Source: Minisyncoccota bacterium
Lineage (GTDB): Bacteria; Patescibacteriota; Minisyncoccia; Phycocordibacterales; UBA6899
NCBI GenBank assembly: GCA_035583355.1
Contig: DATEZQ010000008.1
Span: 36,610-100,609 of the forward strand
Reading direction: 5' to 3'
DNA: 64,000 bases
Of the stretch, positions 37,458 through 46,716 are shown in pieces. Numbering within the stretch: the stretch's first letter is position 1; the number at the start of each line of letters is the position of its first letter. Below the pieces are notes generated by a model. The model saw nothing but the letters and a program-made list of their open reading frames with translations, made no database searches and was not told the DNA's origin. The position numbers and the translations under genes were made by a program.

Positions 37458-37874
37458 ATGAGCAACGTGCACAGCGAGAAACGCAACGATTGGCTATTTC
37501 CGGGCACACTGGGAGTCGTCGCGTGTTGCATCGCGTTCGCAATCGTCTTCGGTTTTATGAGCAAGAAGCCAAGGTCAACTGAGTCTGCGCAAAATCAGAT
37601 CTCCTCAAGAGGCCTCTCACTTCCCAACCAGAAACCTGTGCAAAACAATGCAGAAGTGAAGGCCGACAGTGACCCCCTCAATGGAGTTCCCACCGGCGAC
37701 TCCTATGTACTCATCATAGCGTCGGCGATGACAAGTTGCCCGGATACAGGGAAACTCTATCGAGACAATGCTCGACTTGAGCAGTTGGGTTATATCATGG
37801 ATCCTGATTCCCTCGATATAAAAGTCGGCTACGGAGCAAACGTCATCCATGCGGTCTACCACAAAAAGAAATGA
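37458..37874 (+). CDS. Small membrane-anchored hypothetical protein
   Basis: AGGAG RBS (aaggagcagtcATG), a single TM (LFPGTLGVVACCIAFAIVFGF), and a terminator at 37880-37915 shared with htpX. Confidence 0.5.
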   Translation: MSNVHSEKRNDWLFPGTLGVVACCIAFAIVFGFMSKKPRSTESAQNQISSRGLSLPNQKPVQNNAEVKADSDPLNGVPTGDSYVLIIASAMTSCPDTGKLYRDNARLEQLGYIMDPDSLDIKVGYGANVIHAVYHKKK

Positions 37875-37922
37875 GAGCAGTCAATTCAAAAGGGCATCCA
37901 AACGGATGCCCTTTTTCTATTA

Positions 37923-38834
37923 CTATTGTTTGACCGGCGCCGGCATTCCACGCAATGCTGCAATTCTCTCTTCCGTCGGCGGATGTGTTGCAAAAAGTTT
38001 GGCAACAAACTGCCCTGTTCCCTCAAATGGATTTGCGAAGTAGAGCGTTGCAGTCGCAGAGTTTGCGGTCGTCGACTCCGCATGCATGCCTGAGATTTTC
38101 TCAAGTGCGCTTGCGAGTCCCTCAGGATACCTCGTAAGGAGTGCACCTGATGCGTCCGCTAGGAATTCACGTTTACGTGAGATTGCGAGCTTCATCATTG
38201 TTGCAAAGATCGGCGCTAGCAGGGCAACTGCAATGCCTAGAATGAGCATCACTGGACTGCCTCCCTCATTATCATTACTACGACGGCGCCCACCCCAGAA
38301 CATCGAGCGAAGCATCCAATCAGAAAGAATCGCAATGAGCCCCGCGAGCACGACTGCGATAGTAGAGATGAGCGTGTCGCGATTGCCGATATGTGAAAGC
38401 TCATGCGCAATCACGCCTTCGAGTTCATTACGATTGAGGAGTCGTAGTAGTCCGGTATGCACAGCAATCGCCGCATGCTGCGGATCTCGCCCCGTCGCAA
38501 ATGCATTTGGCGAAGCATCTTCGACGATATAGATCTTTGGCATCGGAAGCCCTGAAGTGATACAAAGATTTTCAACAAGATTCCAAAGCTCCGTTGCCTC
38601 CTCTCTCTTTTCAACACGCTTTGCATGTACCATGCTGAGCACAATAGAGTCCGAGAACCAGAATGCCCCGAGGTTCATGACGAGCGCTACCACCACGGCA
38701 ATGATAAGCATCGATGGATTATTATTCACTTGCGCAAACACCCACCCTACTCCAATCACCAATCCAAAAAATCCGATAAGGAAAAACCATGTTTTTGAGA
38801 TATTCGATTCTTGCTGTGTATACAGTGTTGCCAT
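37923..38834 (-). CDS. htpX: Zinc metalloprotease HtpX (M48)
   Basis: HELSHIGNRD (HExxH) with flanking TM helices. Start set at MATLYTQQ. Confidence 0.85.
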   Translation of the reverse strand: MATLYTQQESNISKTWFFLIGFFGLVIGVGWVFAQVNNNPSMLIIAVVVALVMNLGAFWFSDSIVLSMVHAKRVEKREEATELWNLVENLCITSGLPMPKIYIVEDASPNAFATGRDPQHAAIAVHTGLLRLLNRNELEGVIAHELSHIGNRDTLISTIAVVLAGLIAILSDWMLRSMFWGGRRRSNDNEGGSPVMLILGIAVALLAPIFATMMKLAISRKREFLADASGALLTRYPEGLASALEKISGMHAESTTANSATATLYFANPFEGTGQFVAKLFATHPPTEERIAALRGMPAPVKQ

Positions 38835-38941
38835 CCTGCGATTATAGCAGAACTGGCCAAAGAATGAAGCAGCCTTCATTCCTCCTTCATGAACCAAAAT
38901 ATTGCATCTCTGTATTGTATTTCTGAATTTCACGCAACGAA

Positions 38942-39068
38942 AAACCGCTTATTCGGGATGAGATTGCCCTCGCTGGAGGCACGTGAACTCTAGTGAGCCG
39001 TATGGGTTATACGGTGAACGAGTCACGTGCTGAAGCGTGAGGGCAAGGTCGCCCGAATCAGCGGTTTA
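38942..39068. repeat. MITE-like intergenic hairpin element, copy C (between lemA and htpX)
   Basis: Terminal inverted repeats aaaccgcttattcggg / cccgaatcagcggttt. Core gatgagattgccctcgctggaggc … gctgaagcgtgagggcaaggtcgcc. Central hairpin ccgtatgggttatacgg. Confidence 0.6.
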
Positions 39069-39069
39069 T

Positions 39070-39630
39070 CTAGAATTTGACGGCTACGTTCTGCTGAGCA
39101 GCATCATTGTCGCCGAGGTCGAAGTACTCAAGAGCCTTAAATCCAAACATCCCTGCAATGATATTGCTTGGAAATGCCTGAATCGCATTTGTAAGATCGA
39201 GTACATTCGTATTATAGAAACGGCGTGCTGCCTGAATCTTGTTCTCTGTATCTGAAAGCTCCATCTGGAGGTTCAGGAAACTTTGATTTGCCTTAAGGTC
39301 AGGATATGCCTCCGAGAGTGCAAACACTGACTTGAGTGCGCCTGCAAGACCTGCCTCAGCAGCGCCCATGTGCATAGCATCATGAGGAGCAGCCATTGCC
39401 ATATTACGAGCCTCAATAACCTTTGTAAGTGTTCCCTCTTCATGCTTTGTATAGCCCTTTACGGTCTCTACAAGATTTGGGATAAGATCATAGCGGCGCT
39501 TGAGCTGTACTTCGATATCCTGCCAAGCAGCCTTAGCGCGATTCACGAGGCGCACAAGGCGGTTATAGGTAGACATCAAGAAAAGCCCTACAATTACAAC
39601 CACTGCGATAAGAATATATGTTGTTGGCAT
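39070..39630 (-). CDS. lemA: LemA family protein
   Basis: N-terminal TM, then YNRLVRLVNRAKAAWQDIEVQLKRRYDLIPNLVETVKGY, the LemA signature. Start set at MPTTYIL. Confidence 0.8.
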   Translation of the reverse strand: MPTTYILIAVVVIVGLFLMSTYNRLVRLVNRAKAAWQDIEVQLKRRYDLIPNLVETVKGYTKHEEGTLTKVIEARNMAMAAPHDAMHMGAAEAGLAGALKSVFALSEAYPDLKANQSFLNLQMELSDTENKIQAARRFYNTNVLDLTNAIQAFPSNIIAGMFGFKALEYFDLGDNDAAQQNVAVKF

Positions 39631-39709
39631 TTCGTAATTGTACCCTATTCGTGTGTAGAGGCAAGCAAGACCATGAAAAGATGATGAAGGCAAAATAAAA
39701 AGTGCGGCC

Positions 39710-40018
39710 TTAGCCGCACTCCACTTTTTCACGCGTCTCCGACTTGTTGATGTGTCGGAGATAGACCGACACATGAGGGTATTGCTTCACAAAATCACTG
39801 AGCACTTTCGCAGGATCAGGCTGCTCCCCTACAGACACACGATAGACATCTGCGCGATGCCCATTCAGCTGGGCGCGCAGACAACTCCCCTCTTTCCACT
39901 TCCCGAAGAGCTTTTTAACCACAGGAAGATGACGTTCGATACCCTTCTCATCGAGAAAGGTGATGTACCAGTATCCGCGCAGACCTGAGTAGATGCGGAG
40001 CGTTTTGTTGTGGGCCAT
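39710..40018 (-). CDS. Hypothetical protein (102 aa)
   Basis: Clean ORF. No family recognised. Confidence 0.4.
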   Translation of the reverse strand: MAHNKTLRIYSGLRGYWYITFLDEKGIERHLPVVKKLFGKWKEGSCLRAQLNGHRADVYRVSVGEQPDPAKVLSDFVKQYPHVSVYLRHINKSETREKVECG

Positions 40019-40196
40019 GAGGCACCTCCAAAGAATGAATTTCCTATCGTCATCTTAACACAATGACATCAAGAGCGACCCACCAAACAACACATTTCTA
40101 AACATAACCAAGGCTTCAGTATACCCTTTACATAAGCCATTTTTTATTGTAGTTTGCATGCAGAATAGCACCCTCACAACTACAACAGGAGCATGT

Positions 40197-42086
40197 ATGC
40201 CCAACCTTTTTTCTGACCACCGATTCCCCGGACTCAAGATCGCGATTGCGCAACTCCTCGTCATCCCTGGTGATGTGACCGGCAATACGGCAAACATCAT
40301 GACCGAGATCACGAAAGCACGCGCCTGCGGCGCCGATATCATCGTCTTCCCTGAACTCGCCGTCACCGGCTATTTGCTTGGAGACCGTTTCGAAGAAGAA
40401 GATTTTCTTCACGAAATCACACATGCCAACCAGATGATCGCTGCGGCCAGCGAAGATATCATCGTCATCTGGGGCACCGTCATCACCGACTTCGAAAAAC
40501 GCGGTGAGGATGGCCGTGCACGCAAGTACAATGCCGCATGTATCGCCAAAGATGGCTGCAGCGTCAGCAATGGTCTTCTCTTGGGATATGTACCAAAGAC
40601 AAACCTGCCCAAATACCGCATTTTTGATGACGCGCGACACTTCACTCCGTCGCAAACCCTCGCGCAAGAAGTCGATATCCCCCTTGCTTCACTTCTCTTC
40701 CCATTTCGCGTCAAACTCCCCTCTTCAGGTGAGACGATTGCTCTGGGACTGACAATCTGTGAAGACCTCTGGGAAGATGATTACGCAAACAAGCCTTCGC
40801 AGATCTACGCCGAAAATGCAGCCGACATCATCATCAACCTTTCGTGTTCACCGTGGACTGAGGGGAAGACCGGAGCGCGTGACCACATGCTCAAAAAGCG
40901 TGCATGCGAGTCCAAGCTCCCCATCCTCTATGTGAATGCCGTCGGTCTGCAAAACAACGTCAAGAACCTCATCTGGTTCGACGGAGGTTCGACCGCAGTG
41001 CACAGCGATGGCGAAATCATCTGGCGCATGCCTCAACATGAAGCTAGTCTCGGCTATCTTCACGGTATGATCCACGAGGAACCCAAGGAACCCCTTTCGG
41101 GTGTGGCGGAATGTCATGCGCCCCTCATCGCGGCCATGAAACAGTTCTACGCGCCTTTTAAAAAGGTAGTCGTCGGACTTTCCGGTGGCATCGACTCAGC
41201 AGTGCAACTCGCCCTGCTCGTCGAAGCCATCGGTGCCCCTAAGGTACTCGCCATCAACATGCCGACGAAATTCAACTCGAACACGACCCAGGATCTTGCA
41301 AAAAAATGTGCAAGCAACCTTGGTGTCGAATACATCGTGATTCCCATTCAGCCGATTGTTGATGTCATCAAGGAAGCGCTCGCGAAAGCTGGCTTTTCGA
41401 ATCTTCCGTCGCTCGTTGAGGAAAATATCCAAGCACGCACACGAAGTGCGGATATCCTCGCAGCTGTGGCGCAAACGCTTGGCGGTGTCTTCACCTGCAA
41501 CGGCAACAAAACCGAAATGGCACTCAACTACTTCACGCTTTACGGCGATGGAGCTGGGGCGTCTGCATTCCTCGCAGATTTCTGGAAGGGTGAAATCTAT
41601 GACCTCGCGAACTACTTGAACGAACAGGCGGGGCGAGAACTCGTCTCCATGGGTATCATCGATGTCATTCCCTCTGCGGAACTTTCTGCCGATCAAAATG
41701 TCGATGAAGGAAAAGGAGATCCCATCTTCTATCCTTACCATGACAATCTACTCCGCGCGTTCACCGAACTGCGCTGGACTCCGGCGACCGTGATGCAGCA
41801 CCTCATCGAGGGTAACCTCGAAGAGAAGCTCAACTGCGCAGGAGGTACACTCAGGAAATATTTCAAGACCCGAAAGCAGTTCGTCGATAATCTTGAGTGG
41901 GCCTGGGAGCGATATAATATCGAATGGAAGCGTGGACAAACAGCCCCCTGCTTCTTAGTCTCGCGTCGCGCTTTCGGTTCCGACCGTCGCAGCACGATTG
42001 CACCATCGCATACGTCGCTCGAGTACGAGCGTCTCGTCTATCTCTACCTGCATACCGAAGATGGCAACTGCCGCATCGGCATCTAG
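40197..42086 (+). CDS. nadE: Glutamine-dependent NAD+ synthetase (nitrilase domain + NAD synthetase domain)
   Basis: N-terminal CN-hydrolase (…IVFPELAVTGYLLGDRFEEE…). C-terminal NAD synthetase P-loop VVVGLSGGIDSAV. Confidence 0.9.
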   Translation: MPNLFSDHRFPGLKIAIAQLLVIPGDVTGNTANIMTEITKARACGADIIVFPELAVTGYLLGDRFEEEDFLHEITHANQMIAAASEDIIVIWGTVITDFEKRGEDGRARKYNAACIAKDGCSVSNGLLLGYVPKTNLPKYRIFDDARHFTPSQTLAQEVDIPLASLLFPFRVKLPSSGETIALGLTICEDLWEDDYANKPSQIYAENAADIIINLSCSPWTEGKTGARDHMLKKRACESKLPILYVNAVGLQNNVKNLIWFDGGSTAVHSDGEIIWRMPQHEASLGYLHGMIHEEPKEPLSGVAECHAPLIAAMKQFYAPFKKVVVGLSGGIDSAVQLALLVEAIGAPKVLAINMPTKFNSNTTQDLAKKCASNLGVEYIVIPIQPIVDVIKEALAKAGFSNLPSLVEENIQARTRSADILAAVAQTLGGVFTCNGNKTEMALNYFTLYGDGAGASAFLADFWKGEIYDLANYLNEQAGRELVSMGIIDVIPSAELSADQNVDEGKGDPIFYPYHDNLLRAFTELRWTPATVMQHLIEGNLEEKLNCAGGTLRKYFKTRKQFVDNLEWAWERYNIEWKRGQTAPCFLVSRRAFGSDRRSTIAPSHTSLEYERLVYLYLHTEDGNCRIGI

Positions 42087-42113
42087 CATTCCCCGACAAC
42101 CACCAAATGGGAG

Positions 42114-42235
42114 ACTGCAGAATTGAGATGAGATTGTGCCTGCTGGAGCTTTGCGAATTCTAAGGAAATGGGCTCTTGCCCATTGACTGAATCGCAAAGT
42201 GAAGCAGGTGCAAGATCGCTCAATTATGCAGTCAC
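42114..42235. repeat. MITE-like intergenic hairpin element, copy D (between nadE and pncB)
   Basis: Terminal inverted repeats ctgcagaattgag / ctcaattatgcag. Core gatgagattgtgcctgctggagc … gtgaagcaggtgcaagatcgc. Central hairpin aatgggctcttgcccatt. Confidence 0.6.
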
Positions 42236-42247
42236 TATGGAGGAAAC

Positions 42248-43591
42248 ATGGATTTTGCAAAACGCGCTCACGACCATTCGTTTCATTACGACTGGATCAT
42301 CCGTTCGCTTCTAGACATCGACTTCTACAAACTCTTGATGCTCCAGTGCATCTGGTTATTCTTCCCCACGACGGTCATCCGCTTTTCCCTCATGAACCGC
42401 ACCAAGCGCGTCCGCCTCGCCAACATCATCGACGAGGCACAACTTCGTGCGCAGCTCGACCACGTGCGCTCACTTTCCTTCCGGGAAAATGAACTCGTCT
42501 GGCTTGCGGGCAATAAGTTCTATGGGAAGCGCGATATTTTCCGTCCCATATTCATCGGGTGGCTACGCGACCTGCGCCTCCCCGATTACCAACTCAGTCG
42601 CACTAAAGATGGTCAGTGGGAGCTTGTCTTCGAAGGAACGTGGGTCGAGGTCACCCTCTGGGAGATCTACGCTATTGTCATCGTGAACACTCTGCGTAAT
42701 CGTGCAGGGCTCGCCATGATGAACAAGAGCGAGCTCGACATTTTCTATGCGCTCGGCAAAGCCCGCGCATGGGAGAAGGTCAAGATCTTCCGAGAGTTCG
42801 AGAACCTCAACCTCACTGACTTCGGCACCCGTCGCCGCCACGAATTCTTGTGGCAGAAGTGGGTCGTCGAACTCTTTGCAGAAATGCTTGGACCGAAGAA
42901 CTTTTCCGGCACTTCCAATGCACTCCTGGCGATGGAGCTTGGGCTTGAAGCCAAAGGCACAAATGCCCACGAGCTCCCTATGGTGCTCGCGGCGCTTGCC
43001 TATGGTGAGCATGTCCTCGAGAGCACTGTACTGCGTGGAGAGAAAGTACGCGAATCGCAGTATGACGTCCTTCACTACTGGCAGAAGACCTATGGTGACG
43101 TGCTCACCGTCTTCTTGCCCGATACGTTCGGAACTACGCAATTCCTCAAGAATGCGCCCGAATGGCTCGCTAGCTGGAGGGGTGGCCGACCTGATTCCAA
43201 GGATCCCTTCCTTGCAACGGAAGAATTCGCCGCTTGGTGGCAATTCCATAAGCAGGATCCAAGAGAAAAGCTTTCTCTCCCCTGCGACGGGCTTGATGCT
43301 CCAGTCATTGCCGACCTTCACCGCAAGTACTACGGTCACATCGGTATCGGCTATGGCCTCGGCACATTCGGCACCAATGACTTCCGTGGTTGTCATCCGC
43401 GAGGTCTTACCGACCTCGATCCCATTTCGCTGGTGTGCAAAGTTTCGCACGTCTTCGTGAATGGGATCTGGATACCCGCCGTCAAACTCTCGGACAACTA
43501 CGAGAAGGCCACAGGACCGAAGGATATGGTTGCCGAGTACCGTGCCATCTTTGGCACCGAAGGTGTCGCGAATGCTCCTGTTGTCGTGTAA
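42248..43591 (+). CDS. pncB: Nicotinate phosphoribosyltransferase
   Basis: DIDFYKLLM near the N-terminus, and LTDFGTRRRHEF, the NAPRTase signature. Confidence 0.9.
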   Translation: MDFAKRAHDHSFHYDWIIRSLLDIDFYKLLMLQCIWLFFPTTVIRFSLMNRTKRVRLANIIDEAQLRAQLDHVRSLSFRENELVWLAGNKFYGKRDIFRPIFIGWLRDLRLPDYQLSRTKDGQWELVFEGTWVEVTLWEIYAIVIVNTLRNRAGLAMMNKSELDIFYALGKARAWEKVKIFREFENLNLTDFGTRRRHEFLWQKWVVELFAEMLGPKNFSGTSNALLAMELGLEAKGTNAHELPMVLAALAYGEHVLESTVLRGEKVRESQYDVLHYWQKTYGDVLTVFLPDTFGTTQFLKNAPEWLASWRGGRPDSKDPFLATEEFAAWWQFHKQDPREKLSLPCDGLDAPVIADLHRKYYGHIGIGYGLGTFGTNDFRGCHPRGLTDLDPISLVCKVSHVFVNGIWIPAVKLSDNYEKATGPKDMVAEYRAIFGTEGVANAPVVV

Positions 43592-43604
43592 TTAGTTCAA
43601 TGCA

Positions 43605-43668
43605 AAATACCGCCCCTTACGAGGGGCGTTTTTCTACATAAAAAAGCAGGCCGAAGCCTGCTTGATTT
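43605..43668. terminator. Tandem back-to-back terminators for pncB (+) and the convergent nicotinamidase-like gene (-)
   Basis: aaataccgccccttacgaggggcgttttt, then aaaaaagcaggccgaagcctgcttgattt. Confidence 0.6.
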
Positions 43669-44713
43669 AGTAGATCCACGAACTCATCGGATCCGTCGAA
43701 CGCACGATGTGCATGCCTGCAGCAGCGAAACGCTTGAGAGCTTCTTCGCCCTTCTCGGTGAAGTCGGGTCCATCGGGGACCACAACCGAAGACATGGTGT
43801 CACTGAGTATGTACACATTACCTGCAAGCCGTGCATCACGTCGGCGAATCTCCGCAAGGAGATCATCGAGGGATGACTGTACGCAGTGCGAGAGCGCCTG
43901 ACCTGCAACGAGTATCTTCTGGTAGGAAAGGATGTGATCCATGAAGCGCTGATTGCGCGCAGCAATGGGTTGCTTGCCATTCCAATGCTCAGTCACCTCC
44001 GGAGAGAAGACCGAGTAGCTTTCGGTAAGCGTATCCTGACCTTTCAGTTCAGGCCGATTCTGCGACACGCGTGCATACGCATGGAACATGCGCGCTTCAT
44101 CAACGACACCGACGGGATTGTGCCCCTCGGAACCAAGGATGCAGTGCTCCGGCCAGAGATAGAGCATGTACTTGCCCGAATGGCCACCCGAGAGGACTTG
44201 CTTCACGTAGAAGCTCACCTGGCGCACCAGTTCGATATATGACATACCAAGCATGGCCGCAATATCCATGGAAGGAAGTGCGCGACCGAAGGTCTTGCCT
44301 CCACGCTGGATGATGAGATCGCCATCGATCATGTCGTGCGGTAAGAGCGGCACAAAGTTTTCATCTCGCCAGAACATCGGAGAGAAGATTTGGAACGGCT
44401 CATGTGTGTCGAGCGTTGGACTGATCGTAGTGATATGCGGTAGTTCGCGATAGATGAATTCCGAAAGACGACGCGAGTCATCAATCGCACCTTGCCCACT
44501 GCGACCAGCAACAAAGAGCGCCCCTTCAGGAAAACAGAAGTCGCGCTGTACATCGATGGGCATCAGAACCACCCTCGTTGTGTCGCTCGCTGCCGGGGCA
44601 ATGTGATTGTCACGGGCGTAATCGAACGCGGCTTCGACCACCTTCCGGAGATTCGGCCGGTAGGACCAGAGTGCAGCGTGCTCGGGGTTATAGAACTTGG
44701 GAAATTCGCGCAT
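43667..44713 (-). CDS. pncA: Isochorismatase-family hydrolase, long-form nicotinamidase-like
   Basis: MPIDVQRDF (Asp), a His-rich metal site (WPEHCILGSEGH), and the nucleophile motif LVAGQALSHCVQSS (VxGxAxxxCV). Genomic context is the NAD salvage genes. Confidence 0.6.
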   Translation of the reverse strand: MREFPKFYNPEHAALWSYRPNLRKVVEAAFDYARDNHIAPAASDTTRVVLMPIDVQRDFCFPEGALFVAGRSGQGAIDDSRRLSEFIYRELPHITTISPTLDTHEPFQIFSPMFWRDENFVPLLPHDMIDGDLIIQRGGKTFGRALPSMDIAAMLGMSYIELVRQVSFYVKQVLSGGHSGKYMLYLWPEHCILGSEGHNPVGVVDEARMFHAYARVSQNRPELKGQDTLTESYSVFSPEVTEHWNGKQPIAARNQRFMDHILSYQKILVAGQALSHCVQSSLDDLLAEIRRRDARLAGNVYILSDTMSSVVVPDGPDFTEKGEEALKRFAAAGMHIVRSTDPMSSWIY

Positions 44714-44816
44714 AAGACGCTCCTTCTTATAAATGGGCTCTAGCAGGAAACTACCTCATGACGAGCAGATGTCAAATTGGAAAGTATCGCAATGCAAAAG
44801 GTTCTTTATCTTGACT

Positions 44817-44835
44817 TAGTGTATCATATACACTA
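44817..44835. promoter_or_regulatory. 19-bp perfect palindrome overlapping a TTGACT -35-like box, between the divergent pncA-like and nadM genes (candidate NrtR operator)
   Basis: ttgact TAGTGTAT-cat-ATACACTA. Confidence 0.35.
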
Positions 44836-44932
44836 TTCTAGCGCAAGACAACAGAAAATCTAGACGAGTCCTAACCTTTATGGTAGAACTTGTGCAGACA
44901 TTCAATTGCTCTTCTTTTAAAAAGGAGTATTC

Positions 44933-45892
44933 ATGAGCCTTCGGGATACATTTCCCCTCGCTGTTGTAATCGGACGGTTCCAAGTCCCCCGACTGCACAA
45001 TGGACACATCCAGCTCGTCGCTGCCGCACAGGCACACGCTCAGTGTGTTTCGATGAAGACGGACATGCTCATCGTAATCGGCGTCAGCCCCGCCCTTCCG
45101 AACAAAGCAAATCCGCTCTCGTTCGAGGCACGACGTGCCATGATCTCGGCCCAGTTCGAGGGATTTCCTATGGAACACATCCTCCCCTTAAAGGATCGAG
45201 GCAACAATGATCTATGGTCGCGTGATCTCGATGCGCTCATCCAGAAACACGCACACGGCCGACCGGTCACGATCTATGGATCGCGCGATAGCATCGTCTC
45301 TACTGGGTCCTACAAGGGGAAATATCCGACACACTACGTCGAAGCGGAGGGCCTCTACTCCGGAACAGAAGAGCGCGCGCAGCTTGCGAATAATGATTTC
45401 GTGACGCTGCACCTCGCGATGGATGAACACTTCCGACGCGGATTCATATCGGCGATCATGACGCGCGACCCTGTTTGCAACAGCACCGTCGATGCAGCGA
45501 TCATCTCGCGTGACAAGCGCTTCGTCGTGCTCGGACAGAAGGAGCGCGACCATGGGAAGTTCCGTTTCCCTGGAGGATTTTTCGACAAAGAGCTCGATTT
45601 CGACGATGAAGCTGCTGCGATTCGCGAAGCGCGCGAAGAATGTGGCGACCTCGTCTTCGGAGAAGCAGTTCCCCTAGGCTCTGCAGTAATCGACGACTGG
45701 CGCTATCGAGGGACCGGCGACTACATCAAGACGCAGCTCTATCTGCTCCCTCACGAGAGCGGTGAGCTGAAGACCCTCGACAAAGATGATCTTTCGGGAG
45801 TCTCGTGGCATCCGATCGACCAACTCCTCAACCTGATTATTCCGGACCACGAGCTGCTCGCAAAGAAGCTGCTCAACTACCTCAATAAATGA
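44933..45892 (+). CDS. nadM: Bifunctional NadM-type NMN/NaMN adenylyltransferase + Nudix hydrolase
   Basis: N-terminal AVVIGRFQVPRLHNGH (the archaeal-type GRFQPFHxGH motif). C-terminal Nudix box GGFFDKELDFDDEAAAIREAREECG. Confidence 0.8.
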   Translation: MSLRDTFPLAVVIGRFQVPRLHNGHIQLVAAAQAHAQCVSMKTDMLIVIGVSPALPNKANPLSFEARRAMISAQFEGFPMEHILPLKDRGNNDLWSRDLDALIQKHAHGRPVTIYGSRDSIVSTGSYKGKYPTHYVEAEGLYSGTEERAQLANNDFVTLHLAMDEHFRRGFISAIMTRDPVCNSTVDAAIISRDKRFVVLGQKERDHGKFRFPGGFFDKELDFDDEAAAIREAREECGDLVFGEAVPLGSAVIDDWRYRGTGDYIKTQLYLLPHESGELKTLDKDDLSGVSWHPIDQLLNLIIPDHELLAKKLLNYLNK

Positions 45893-45896
45893 AATC

Positions 45897-45926
45897 CAAA
45901 AGGACAGCCAACGGCTGTCCTTTTTT
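45897..45926. terminator. Bidirectional rho-independent terminator
   Basis: aaaaggacagccaacggctgtcctttttt. Confidence 0.6.
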
Positions 45927-46580
45927 CTATAAGAAGAATTGTACCTTCTTCGCCTTCTTGAACACCTTTGCAGGTCGACCCTTCTGGAGCTTACGCTCTT
46001 TATTGGTCGGCTTGATCGGAAGTTCTTCGATAAACTTGTAGAAGTTTCGTTTATCTACTTCTTTTCCAAGCACGGAATCAAATGCATTCTTCAATTCACT
46101 GATTACGAATTCATCTTTGACGAAATTGAGTAAGATACTCGAGATGTACGCATGCTCACGCAAAAACTTTATTGCATCCGCAATGATGTGATCATGATCG
46201 TAAGCAAGCTTCAGCTTCTTGTTAAGCGGATACCATTCCAACCCGTAATCTTTATCAGAATTTTCGATAATACCGATATGTGCAAGTGAAACGACACGAC
46301 CACGGGGATCACGCTCAACTGCATCATAAAAGCCTAAACTAAATACATGAGGAATCACATCGATCGATGATTTTTCCTGTGCAATGCGTTTTACCGCCTC
46401 GAGTGCAACTTCTTTTGGATGAAGTACACCGCCCAAGAGTCCAGGAACATTCACAAAATAGGGCGGCCGATGCACCAGCTGCGTCGCGTATTCTATGGTT
46501 CCGTTTTTCATGCGCAATAAGACGATGTCAGTGGCGACAATTGCGAAACGCAATGTGTCCTTTGAGTCTAAATTTGTCAT
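45927..46580 (-). CDS. nrtR: NrtR-like regulator (Nudix-like domain + C-terminal winged helix)
   Basis: N-terminal Nudix-like fold (…FAIVATDIVLLR…VLHPKEVALEAVKRIAQEKS…) with a degenerate Nudix box. The C-terminal ~90 aa are wHTH-like. Adjacent to nadM/pncB/nadE, as is typical for NrtR. Confidence 0.65.
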   Translation of the reverse strand: MTNLDSKDTLRFAIVATDIVLLRMKNGTIEYATQLVHRPPYFVNVPGLLGGVLHPKEVALEAVKRIAQEKSSIDVIPHVFSLGFYDAVERDPRGRVVSLAHIGIIENSDKDYGLEWYPLNKKLKLAYDHDHIIADAIKFLREHAYISSILLNFVKDEFVISELKNAFDSVLGKEVDKRNFYKFIEELPIKPTNKERKLQKGRPAKVFKKAKKVQFFL

Positions 46581-46716
46581 GGTTCATTTATTGTTCATAC
46601 ACCAAATGGTGCGTACTACTATTATACAGGCTAGTGTTTTTCTCACAATAAGCGTGTAAATTCGACAGAAAGTCAAAAATTTCATGTACATATAAAAAGC
46701 GCCGAAGCGCTTTTTA

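Noticed and set aside
42563-43460. 295-aa minus and 237-aa plus ORFs inside pncB
   Set aside because: Shadow ORFs. pncB has the clear NAPRTase signature in its own frame.
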